DNA from: Podarcis bocagei
Taxonomy: Eukaryota
NCBI GenBank assembly: GCA_964188305.1
Contig: OZ076893.1
DNA length: 64,000 bases
Strand: one strand, 5' to 3'
In this document: piece by piece, positions 13,001 to 24,392 of the stretch
Numbering within the stretch: the first letter of the stretch is position 1
Layout: every line of letters starts with the position of its first letter
Notes under the pieces: model-generated
What the model was told of the DNA's origin: nothing
The model's input: only the letters and a program-made list of their open reading frames with translations
Databases searched by the model: none
Translations under genes and position numbers: made by a program

Positions 13001-16000
13001 CAGACTCACACCCTTACTGATCATCTTGGACCATTGATAGGACATTTATCTCTGAAATTGCATGCCATGCTCTTCTGTATTCCTTTACTTTCTGTATTCC
13101 TTTAATGTGAAAAGTTTCGGCACATAGGCAATAACCGTAGGGGTGGTGATGCCAGGATAAAACTGCCATGGAAATAGACTTCTTTGAAACCCTTCTTTGA
13201 AAAGCATACAATACTTGTCTCCTAGTTTTCCCGCTCCTGTTGTTTTTATCTTAACACCAAGAGCTGAAATTCAGGAAGGCATTTGATTTTTATACATATT
13301 TTATTGCAGTATGGTAAAGCTTTCAGCATCAACTAGTGAATGGAAATAATGTTAACTTTCATATTATAATTTACAGGGGATCTGGCATTAGTTTACTTTC
13401 TCATTATATTAGAGTATTGAAGATCTGTCAGGTAATAATGAATACATTCAACCTAGTGCCCCATACCTCCAAATATATAGCCTAACATAACAGTCATGCT
13501 GTTTATTATGGGAGCTCGGGGAAAGAGAAACTATCAGAGCCTTAAATCAATGCAATTTAAAGTCTTTGTTATTGATCAGTTCATGAAACATGGTGTACAT
13601 CCATCTATAGCTTCATCTAGCTTATAGAAGTTGTACTAGTCAAACTAGCTGCTCATGTGAGCTTTGTCCAAAGCTCTCGATATGCCTCAGATGTTAGGAC
13701 TGTATACTTAGGAATAAAATTAGGAAATATAAATTAAATAATGATAAAAGATGAATTAATAAAGTACTGCCAAGTGTTTGACTCTCTCAAAAGCCTTTAA
13801 GATAATTTCTGTCCTCGGGTTTAGATAGATAGACATGTTTTTGAATTTCCATCCTGGCAAATCTTACCTCCCTCTGCCCCAAACTCCCTTCCTCACATTG
13901 CAGAGCAGCATAGATACATTTGCGACTAAGATTTTGGAAATTTCTAGGGCAATGGAAATGGCAATGTGTATGCCCATTGTATGATTCCTGAAAAATATAT
14001 CTCCTTCCCTGTCTTTGAAATATTGTCTGAAAATCTTAGAAGAACATGTGTCCCATAGCTAACACTGAGAATTTCAAAATACCATGTATTCTGTTTAAGC
14101 ATACAGTTCACTCTTTCGTAGTGTGCAATAGGGTATAAACATGCTTATCTTCATATGGACTGTGCCCATTGTTCAGTAGGTTTTTACAGCAATCTCATAT
14201 AAATCATTTAATCCACCTGAGGATTTGATAGACTCTTTGAAATCTGTTTTGAGCTGTGTTCTTAAGTGTAATTAGCCTTCAAGCTCACAGTTTGGCCTTG
14301 AGTTGCAAGTCATGATCTCTCATCCTGACTTATCCCAGAAGGCAGTCGTGAGGATAAAAAGCAGCTGAGATGAAGTGCAGAATACAAATTCCACTATGTC
14401 TTTAGTGCATAAAATATGCAGGTAGTTAAGGATGCTGCATAAGAAACAGAATGCAAAAAGAGAGGGGGGGGCAAAAAAGAGAATTCTCTTCCTTAATTTT
14501 GTAGTGTAGGGAAGTTTTGTCAATTTCAGTTTGGTGGGCAAGCTTGAAGCAAAGTGGATGGGGGTGCAAAATATGGAGAAGGGTGTTTGAGCAGGCAGAA
14601 AGAGTGTTTCCCAGTAAGCACAACCAGTCAAGAGGTATCTGGGATTAGAGGGCCAGTTTTGATCTTCAGACAGAGCATATCTATGTGGGGTTGCCAACTT
14701 TACTCGTAGGGTTTCTGTACGTTTCAAAAGAGGTGGATCACCTGCATCCCTCCCACTTTTTTTCAGGACTCCCAATTCATATCCAATGGTCAGGGACCAC
14801 AAGAGTTGTAGTCCAACAGCATCTGGAGGGCCACCCCTTTTGAACAGTTGTCTGTATCTATACTAGGAAAAGCTATATCTGTCTTGCCTCCACTTCCAAA
14901 ATGGCAATTATGGTTGCATCTCTTCTTTTACAATTTAAGCTTTGCTTACTAAATTAAATTAGATATCTCTTGCTTCACAGCCCTACAGTTCTACATTGCC
15001 TCACTCTTGAGCATATTGATTTGAAAAACTCATTTCAAATATGAAAATGCTGTATTTCATATGGATTTTTTTCCAAATTTTACCAGTAGCAGCTTGGAAT
15101 AACTAGAACTTATGTACTAAAGGTGCATATGTAGGTGAAGTCACACTTATTTCAATGGATTTGTACGTAAGCTCAGACATAGGAGGTTGTTACAGCACAA
15201 TAGCACAATGAAATTAAGATAATAAGAAGTTCAGCTGCAATTCGGTGCAGATTTGTCTGAAAATAAGCCAAAAATAAAATATGCCTTCCTGGATCAGACC
15301 AAAGGTCACACAAGACGCTTCTGGGAAACCCACAATGAGAATATAAAGGATGTTCCTAGCAACTCCTACTGAGAATAATACTGCCTCTGATATTTGAGGT
15401 GACATATAGCCATATGATTTAATTTGTCATTGATAATTTTGCTCCGTGGATTTATCTAATTGCCTGTTGGTCATCAAGCTTCATGTCCACCTGTTTGGGA
15501 GCCATTTCCTTATCTCATAGCCATCAACAGATGGTAAATCAGTTTGCAGTATAAGCACTTTAACTTAATCAGGTCACTAGGACTCTTATTCTATTTTGAA
15601 ATGAATGTTAGATTTTTGTGTGAAGTTTAAAGAATCTGAAAGTCATACTGCTGTATATGCACACAAACAGTTTATTCAGTGCTGCTGTAAAGAGGGGCTA
15701 GGGCACATAGATAAATGAGAACATATATTTTAAGCTGCAAATGATCTAGCAACAGCTTCTGTTCCAAATCTACAGCTGCCCTCCCATTTATCTTCAACCC
15801 TTAAATACTAAATTTTACAGCCTGTGTATGGCAGCCTCATCTATCTTTCACATCAACCTTCTGGAATCATGAAATGCATTTCTGAGAAGGATCCATTGTG
15901 CGCTTTGCAGGAAGGAAAATATTGTCCCATGTTCAGCTGCCAGGGAAGGTGCTTAGAATTCAAGAATTCATCAAACTTTTTTTTTTTTTAAAGTTGTTGG

Positions 16001-18821
16001 GAAATCAGTATATGTTGCTTGTGGGTTGGCTGAACAAAATTATAGAAGACAAGATAGGCCAAACTGGGAGTTCCTCTCTGCTTTAGTGGGCATTTTGTCG
16101 GCTATCTTTCCAGTACTACTGAGCCACAAACTGAAATGTTCCGAACCACCTGCCTCTTTGTGATCCCTCAAGCTTCCTGCTTTTAGTACCTCTCAGGTTG
16201 TCCCCTCCTCTGAGGTGTGGCCAGTTTCTCACTAACAGGAACCAAGATCTAAGTAGTTTTCTGTGCCTTCCCTGGGGGGCTCTTGGGCAGGCAGCTTCCA
16301 CCACTCTTCCCCATCCTGCCAGTCCCTGACACTAGCAGTTATTGATAGCCTTATCCCCATGAATGTTTCTACTCTCTTTTGACATGCAAAGTGACACCGC
16401 TTCCAGTACGTACTTCCCTGGCCTTCCTGTATAGTTTTAATCTATGTAATTGGTTTTATTTCCTTTTATGCATTTTTATTTTTGCAAAGTGTTTGAGTTT
16501 ATTTTATAACAAGTGAGGCCTTTTGTTCTTTATAGCATAAAGAAAGCAAAATCTTATGACCAAAACTTGATTTAATAAAACCAGTTCAGGAGCTCAGCTA
16601 GTCTTACAGCTGGGTTGCTTTAGACAAGTCAATCTTCCCATGGTGGTTATTAGAAGGAATGAAATAAATAAGAAAATGCTTGTAAATTGTAATGCATATA
16701 CCTACAGCATACACACAGATGTAAAGGAGCAGAGCCCCATATAGCATAAAACCCACAAAGTTAATCTGCCACTTTCTTATTTGGGAAATTTATTTCAGTG
16801 TTGATGCTTCTTTTGGGCAACAATAAACTTCATTTCTGGAAGTTCTGCTTGCTAAGTTACTTTAAATGAGTCGCATCAGATAATATGTTTTTGGAATCTG
16901 CCAACCATGAAAAATTCTTCATTACTAATCTAGCTTTGATGAAGTAATGAAATGAGATATAATCTGGAGATCTCAAGAACTACAATACATTCTTTTCGGT
17001 TTCAGCTTTACATTGAAATTCAGTTGATTTTACATACGTTATGAATCCATTTCACATGTCCTCTTATATACAATTGCTGTAATAGATTGTTATATCTGTC
17101 AATTACTTTAGTTACCTCTTAACACTCTTTATAGGTTCCATTATCTTTATCTGTGCTGTTTGCACCTACACTATAGCCATCACACACAATCACTTCAAGA
17201 CTTGAAATTGGAATTATATACCTTGATTATTCTATCCTCTTTCAATTATAGGCATTGATTTCTCTTGTAGAAGATTAATGGCCCTTTCTATAATGGTATA
17301 ATTCTGCTAGCAATTTAATCTTATGTCTACATATTATCAAGTTTGATTATTTCTGATGTTTGTGTTCCTATAACTTTCTTTTAGACAAACCTGACTGCTG
17401 TGTAGTAAACTATTTGGAGTGTGATTAAATGGATCAGTTTGTAATTTGTGATTAATTTTATAGAAGCGCATTCAAAATCCAAGCATGTGATAGAAACAAA
17501 AAAAGGTGGATTGACTGTAAATACTGGGAAGAAAGACCAGTACACAATGGTACTGGGGCTGGAGATGGATCATGTAAGAGCAATACTGTATCTTTGGCTG
17601 AAAATTGAGCTGAAAGTAGCTATCTTGAGCCATAAACCATGATAAGTCACAGCGGAGCAGCTTCAGAAGTCAGAATGCAGGCAGTATAGTAGGAAATCAA
17701 GATTGAAGAGTGGTCCAGAGAGACTAAATAGCAACAACAAAATGACTTACTGCCAAGGAAAGGGGATAAGTAGAATTATCTTGCAATAAATTGGTCTCTC
17801 TCAATTCTTAGCCACCCTGTAGTGCCTGAATATAAACGAGAAGCAAGCTCTTAGGGGGTGGGAGTAGGTCATTTAGTTATCCAGACATTAGTGTTATGCC
17901 TGTAAGTTAGTTCCACTGGAAATTCAATATCCAAAAGACTTACCCAAAGCATACTTTATCCCTGCTGCCTCAACACTATTAAGTTAATCCAAGCCCACTA
18001 AGACTTCTGGACTTCTTTGCAGTCCCAGCTCAATTTGTCTTTCACAGCTATGATTTTTATAGTAGCAAACAGTCTGCTGTGGATTTTCAGGGGGAATGTG
18101 AAGCAGTACCCAAGACTCTCTGATGCATGGTAAATTCTTGGTCACAAAGTGTAGGAAACTCATATCAAAGAATTTGTGAAGAACAGCTCTGTGGAGACTG
18201 TCAATGAATGTCCTTAGATCCTTGAGCAAACCATAGCATTCCTTTGAAAAAAAGGACAGTAGGGTCCTTTTAGTGATAAATTTGACAGCCTAATGGGATT
18301 ACAGAATAATGTTTCTATGCCAGTGGGCAGGTGAGTTGCATGGCAAGTAAACAAGACACATTGATGATTTCTTACTGTATAGATATGTTGGATTGTATAA
18401 AACTAGACATGCATCAACAACTGTAGACACTAACACGTATATGTTGCAGCTGCAGGGCCATGTGCAGTGAGCCCTCAGGAGCCAGGAAGAGGTAGTGAAA
18501 CATAAGAATAAACAGGCACAACAATGTTCTGGAACTGAAAACAGCCACAACTTTATTGATCACAGGTGCTGGTAGGCTTTGGCTTAGGCACTGGGGATGT
18601 CTCTGAGTCAGTCTCCTGACTGATGGCTGACATTGAACAGGGTTGTATCTGGATGAAGGGATGCCTCACAATGCAGGTCAGCCAAGCTGACCCCCAGGCC
18701 AGTTAAATTTTCAGTTGTGCTAATGTTTCCAAACTAACAATATATAAAATTAACAAACTGGAATTTAACAGTGCAGATCGCAAATAAAACTATATGGTAA
18801 CACAAAGCAACTAACTTACTT

Positions 18822-19201
18822 TTCTGAACACTATTCAAAGTCTTGGTGCTGATCTTTAAAGCCCTAAATGGCCTTGGCCCTGTATACCTGAAGGAGCGTC
18901 TCCACCCCCATCGTTCAGCCCGGACACTGAGATCCAGTATCAAGGGCCTTCTGGTGGTTCCCTCACTGCGAGAAGTGAGGTTACAGGAAACCAGGCAGAG
19001 TGGCATCCACCCTGTGGAATGCCCTTCAATCAGATGTCAAGGAGATCAATATATCTTTTGTGAGACATCTGAAGGCAGCCCTGTATAGGAAAGCTTTTTA
19101 AGGTTTAATGTTTTATTATGTTTCTATATATGCTGGAAGCCGCCCAGAGCGGCTGGGGCAACTCAGTCAGATGGGCGGGCTGTGATGATGATGATGATGA
19201 T
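18822..19201 (+). mobile_element. L2 LINE 3' fragment
   Basis: Encodes FKVLVLIFKALNGLGPVYLKERL...RTLRS. 3' UTR GCCGCCCAGAG..GGCTGGGGCAAC..CAGTCAGATGGG followed by a (GAT)n tail. Confidence 0.88.
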
Positions 19202-19433
19202 TTGAAAGACCCAGGTAAATAAAAAGGGTCTGAAATTGCATTTTGAAATGGGAGTTTTGAAAGCCAGACTTGAAGGTCAGCTGTCATTGATGTTATATGC
19301 ATTAGGGCAGATTAAGAAAATTAGAGAGCCTTTCTTTTTTTCTTTCTTTCTTTCTTTCTTTCTTTAAAAACTTTGGATATGGAGGAAACAGAGTGTGAGA
19401 GTTAAATATATTCCCATTTCCATGGAATATAGC

Positions 19434-19579
19434 CAGTGCTTTTTTTCTGGGGGGATGCAGGGGTACGCATACCCCTAAACATTTTGTGAATCTAAGTTTG
19501 GCCTCATTGAGGGGCAGTCTTTCAATTTAAGTAGGAAAATGAGAGTACCCCTAAACATTTTTTAATGGAAAAAGCACAG
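19434..19579. mobile_element. Short hAT MITE, family B
   Basis: Ends CAGTGCTTTTT and AAAAAGCACAG with an 8-bp TSD AATATAGC (19426-19433, 19580-19587). Near-identical to 30470-30612. Confidence 0.88.
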
Positions 19580-19586
19580 AATATAG

Positions 19587-19587
<1 letters not shown>

Positions 19588-19634
<47 letters not shown>
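19588..19634. repeat. (TG)n microsatellite, about 23 units
   Basis: Read directly; abuts the TSD of the 19434 MITE. Confidence 0.97.
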
Positions 19635-19635
<1 letters not shown>

Positions 19636-22045
19636 GTGTCTCTAACACCCTGTTATAGTGTGTATGTTGAGAGCAAGTGCTTAGATGAGGGTCTGCCCAC
19701 ACCATCTACTGGAATGCACCCCCCTAGCAGCTTTCTAACCAGTTAATATGTCCCTTGGCTGAAAAAGATTTCTCACCCCTGGACATATGGGTTGTAAAAT
19801 CCGATAAGATGGGTTTTTGACACAGGCTTTGGTGGCATTTTGTAAGAGTAAATGAGAAGCATGGGGAAGGCTTTTAAGGCAAAAAGCCATTTCGGGTGGT
19901 TCAGAATGGTAGAGCTGAAAAAAACAAATGGCACGGGGGGGGATATATATTGGGCTAAAGCAGCGGAAAAATTGGGGTGAACATGGGAAGGTATGAAAAT
20001 ATGGGCAAGGAGTTGCATCTACTTTCCTGCTCTCTGATCCCCACAACATAGGTTTTTGCATGCAGGGACTACTTATTTGGTGACCTATGAGGTGTTTATC
20101 CAACTATGCTTCTCCCCCCCCCCTTTTTGGTAAGATTTCTTTTAGGTAAGTGAGCAAATCAGTAATATAAATTACATACAGTTCTGCTGAAACAAAGTTA
20201 TAGGGTCTCCCCCTTTCCCTGATCAATTTCATGTCTTGCAATGCAGCAAGAGATGGTCTTGAATATTGCTTCTGATATCTTGTAGTCTTTTGAATTAACA
20301 GTTTGACAGGTGCTGTACGGTCTGAATCAAAAATATCCTTTTTATGTTAATAAATCTTTAATAAAAGAAAGGCCCGTCAGTGAAATCAATCTAATTCATT
20401 CACATGATGTAGAGAGACAAGGGAACAATATATCAAAGAGCAATTGCTTTAAATTTCCAGGACTGCTTTAATACTGGAAAAAAATCCAGTGTGAAATATC
20501 AATGCATCTATATAGAACAAATGGCTTTATCTGGGTTGATAAATGACATCAGACATTATGAAATATTACCAAGGTTTTCAGAGAGAAAATCTGTTAAATG
20601 AACAAAATCCCTTGCTTATAAATTAAATATCCCCAGTTCTCACACATACTTGATTAACTTTATTTATGGGAACTAGCAGATCAGAATCTCAAGATATTGG
20701 ACCTGCAAATGTAGGAGCCATCATGTAAATTTTCTTCCTTATCTATCAGTTGGATAGCTAGCAGTGGCAGTAGCAAACTCCGCAAAGGCATTGTAGAAAT
20801 CAGTTGTGTCTAAAAGTCATCAAGGGTATAGACCATTTTAGTTGGCCCTACATCCTTCTAGGGTTGGTAACTCCTATAATATTGGCACAAAGGTGACAAG
20901 CCTGGTAGCTGGATCTAGTCTACTGAGCCATTTCTAGTGATCCTGTGACAATTAGGTGCTTTTTGCCTTGAAAGATGGCCTCTTCTCCCAGATTCAAAAG
21001 CAGCGACTCTTTGATGCAAAGGAAGTGCGCTTCCAATTCTTCTTCATTTTATCCACAGCTTGATTTTCCCCCCAATTTCCAGTAAAAAGCTACATTCAAA
21101 GTCACAAGTAGTTAGTAGATGAGATGTTTTTTCAATAAATCACAGCAACTCTTCCATGCTGCTAGTTTTGAACTAAGTAGAAACTAGAGAAGGGAAAATC
21201 TTTTGATGCATAAAAACACAATTGCTTAGGCCTAGTGATTCAATTACAGTTTTAATCAGGGGCACCAAAAACAAAGACATGCTATATTCTCCATGTAGTC
21301 TACTGTCAAGTAATTCATTTTACAGTGAATGCAGTTTAAAGAGACAGTAACCTTGTCCGAGTTATGCTTTTCTTCTACTTCTAAAAGAGGTTAAAAACAG
21401 GCGCTTGGGTCACAATTTTTTTTTTGCTCAACCCTAAGACTCAGGTTCATGGTCCACTAGAAGATGAGTATCCTCACAAGTGATTATGACCAACATATGA
21501 TACCATGTTTTGGCAATGTTATGAATGATGTTTGGACAGCTGGTACATCTCTCTCAGTATAATATAATAGAGTTTCCTGTAACAAAACTGTCACATAAAG
21601 TTTGCAAACATGCTTGAATGCAGTGTTAAGTATATTTGTTGCAACATCATTTTCACATAATAATCTAATGTGGGGAAGTGCGATTATATTCTTTTATGCA
21701 ATGCAGTGAAAATTTATTTCCATCTTCTCCTTTTTATTTCACACAGTTGCAAAGAAAACCAAAAAGAAGCATTTCATTAGGAATTTTAATTAACAGTGGG
21801 CTGTTTGCACAATTGAAAGCTTGAAATTATGCATGGGATGAGTTGTGCATGCCATGTATATTGTTGAATGACTTTCTGTGTGAATAAATCTTGAGTGACA
21901 CGTATGCACAATTCAAGACGTGGATTGTGTCAGCAGAAATTTCGTGGGACTTCTAGAAACAGGCTGTTGAATGTTGCATATTTTCATAACAAATGTTCAT
22001 CGTATGTGTGTAGAATTTGTCAAAACTATTTGTATTTTCTGCCAG

Positions 22046-22162
22046 ATAGTCTACACAGGCTGGACAGAAGAACGGGAACAAGATTCTCTTCAGGACAGAA
22101 TGTATACACCAAAGTTTCTAGCGTTGAGAGGTTCTTCACTTTATAAATTTATAGCACCTCCA
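22046..22162 (+). CDS. SNTG1: Gamma-1-syntrophin coding exon, 117 nt (IVYTGWTEEREQDSLQDRMYTPKFLALRGSSLYKFIAPP; start of PH domain)
   Basis: Acceptor ttttctgccag| and donor CCA|gtaagt. Lies inside ORF 21971..22201. Resembles recalled human IVYMGWCEAREQDPLQDRVYSPTFLALRGSCLYKFLAPP. Confidence 0.95.
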
Positions 22163-22600
22163 GTAAGTATTAGTACCATTTATTGGCTGCCCATTAAATG
22201 ATTTTTATGAAATTGATATAAAGGTTTTATGTTACTCCTAGGCATTTCATTCAGCTCTGTTGTAAGGAAAAGCAACAATAGTGATGGGAAAATTTGATTT
22301 ATTAAGACAAAATTGCTATGAAAAGAAATGACCATACAACTAATTTTGTCCATTCCCAGTACTGAGATTTCTCTGTAAACTTAGAAACTCTCGGATCTTT
22401 ACACAGCATGTTTTCAGAAACTACCTTCTCTGTTGATGCCATAATCATGAGGAAATATCTAATAAGTATGAGGGGGAAAATTCTTGATAGAATTTTCTTC
22501 TAGTGTACAATTTTGTTTCTGACCATGTAACAAAAGAATGAGGTTGGGGAGATACCCTGCTTCTTTTCCTTAGATTACTGCAATACATTCTACATGAGGA

Positions 22601-22690
22601 AAAGGTAAAGGACCCCTGGACGGTTAAGTTCAGTCAAACGTGCCTATGGGGTGCGGCACTCATCTTGCTTTAGGCCGAGGGAGCCAGCAT
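22601..22690 (-). mobile_element. Sauria SINE 3' fragment (different subfamily)
   Basis: AAAGGTAAAGGACCCCTGGACGGTTAAGTTCAGTC...CTCATCTTGCTTTAGGCCGAGGGAGCC; homologous to 32122-32245. Confidence 0.75.
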
Positions 22691-23649
22691 TAGACCACAC
22701 TACAGAGGACTGCCTGATTCTTTCCCTATGGTGGAGCAGATCTGATAAGGAAGAAGAAAAGGGAAAACTTTTCAGTGCATAGAAATATAACTCTTTAGGC
22801 CCAAAGTTTGATTAAGCTCTTAAACAGGATGCTAAAACAAAAAAAGACACTTCAGTCGGTCCAGAAGGCTGAGGTCAGGCTCTTCATACAGGCCACATAT
22901 AAGGAGTGTATGAATCCCTTAGCTACACAGGCTTCCATTTTGTGTCCAGGTTCAATCCAATATTCTAGTGATGACCTTTGAAACCCTTTATAGTTTGACA
23001 CCTGGATATCTGAAGGACTGTCTACTCCCATGTGAACAAACTCGGCTGCCTTCTGAGATCATTGTTAGAGGTCCTCCTCCGTGTGGCATCCGTGCCATGT
23101 AAATATGCTGTGTCCTATTTGGCATGTGTCCAATAAAGAGAATATATCACACTGAAACTGCTTTTGTAAGGAGCTTGCCCACAGAGATTGGTTTTGCAGA
23201 GCTTTCAGGTTATGCTTGTTGAATCATTCAGATTAGATTCCAGCCTTGTGAAGTGGTGCAGGGTTGGCAGGGCAGCATGAACAGCACCCCCTAGAAAAAT
23301 GCACCTGGAGACATTGCCCCCCCCCTCCAGCTATGCCTCTGATTTAACCCTTTCTAACCTCCACAGAGGTGAGTGGGAGTCATTATCAGAGCTCAAGGAC
23401 ACATTCCAGCCAGACAAAAACACTCAAGAAGGATTTGAGGGCATAGCCTGCAGAAAAAGGGTGCAAGTGAGGAGGGGTGTAGCTTAAGGAGAGTCCCAAG
23501 GACCATATATACCAGACTAGAGGGCCACATTTGGCCCTCAGGCCTAAGGTTTCCCACCCCTGCTGTACACCATAGTTTGACATTACTTTCCAACCGATAT
23601 AACTGGATGAAAAAACAGTTCAATTAAAATTTGTTTATTTTCACCCAAG

Positions 23650-23721
23650 GTTACTACGTGGGACTGGACACGAGCCGAAAGAACATTTTCTGTATATGAG
23701 ATTATGTACAAAATTCTCAAG
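23650..23721 (+). CDS. SNTG1: Gamma-1-syntrophin coding exon, 72 nt (VTTWDWTRAERTFSVYEIMYKILK)
   Basis: Acceptor tttatttttcacccaag| (AAG type) and donor AAG|gtatga. Resembles recalled human VTTWDWTRAEKTFSVYEIMCKILK. Too short for the ORF track. Confidence 0.95.
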
Positions 23722-24200
23722 GTATGAAGAATAAAAATGCAACTTCATTGTACTGAGGGGAAGGAGGGATGGCTGTATTCACCAAACACAACCTTGTCAT
23801 TGACTACTGCTAGCAAAATATCCCATGGAAGTCAAGTTGGTGGAGAAAAAATGGTCTGTGTGAACAGTTTCAAAATGATAGAAATAATTTGGGGAAAGGA
23901 TTTAATGTGGGCTAAGATTTTGCCATGGGATCTTGTAAGAATCATGTGGAATAAGAAGGGTAGCTTTGTCAGGAACCTTTCTTTTAACACAGAACAATCA
24001 AAGTCATTCCACAGACACCATATACACCTTAGAGTATAGTTTCCAACTCTGAGGGCCTGATTTTCAAGGAGGCCTGAGCTACAGCACCTCATATGGCCAA
24101 TGTCAGCACCAGGCCACCTTTGACAGTGTCTGGTGCTTTGCCATCTACCCACACAGAGCATGACTGGCTACTGATGCTTCCTCCACACCCCCTTGTTTCA

Positions 24201-24392
24201 GGAGTATAGGAAGCTGCCTTATACTAAGTTAGAACATTAGTACACCTAGTTCAGTTCTGTTCGTGCTGACTGGCAGTTGCTCTTTGAGGTTTAGATAGAG
24301 GGCATGGTCAGTTCTACCTGGAGGTGCCAGGGATTGAACCTGGAACTTTCTACATGTAAAATATTTGCTTTGCCCCTGAGCTGCATCCCTTC
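24201..24392 (-). mobile_element. tRNA-derived SINE (Squam3-like)
   Basis: The minus strand has a B-box GGTTCAATCCC (GGGATTGAACC on +) and the tail AGTATAAGGCAGCTTCCTAT. Confidence 0.75.

Noticed and set aside
14320-14802. 160-aa minus-strand ORF (likewise 9912-10382 and 41402-41848 on +)
   Set aside because: No recognisable domain, no ATG start or splice support, and the composition is typical of random intronic ORFs.
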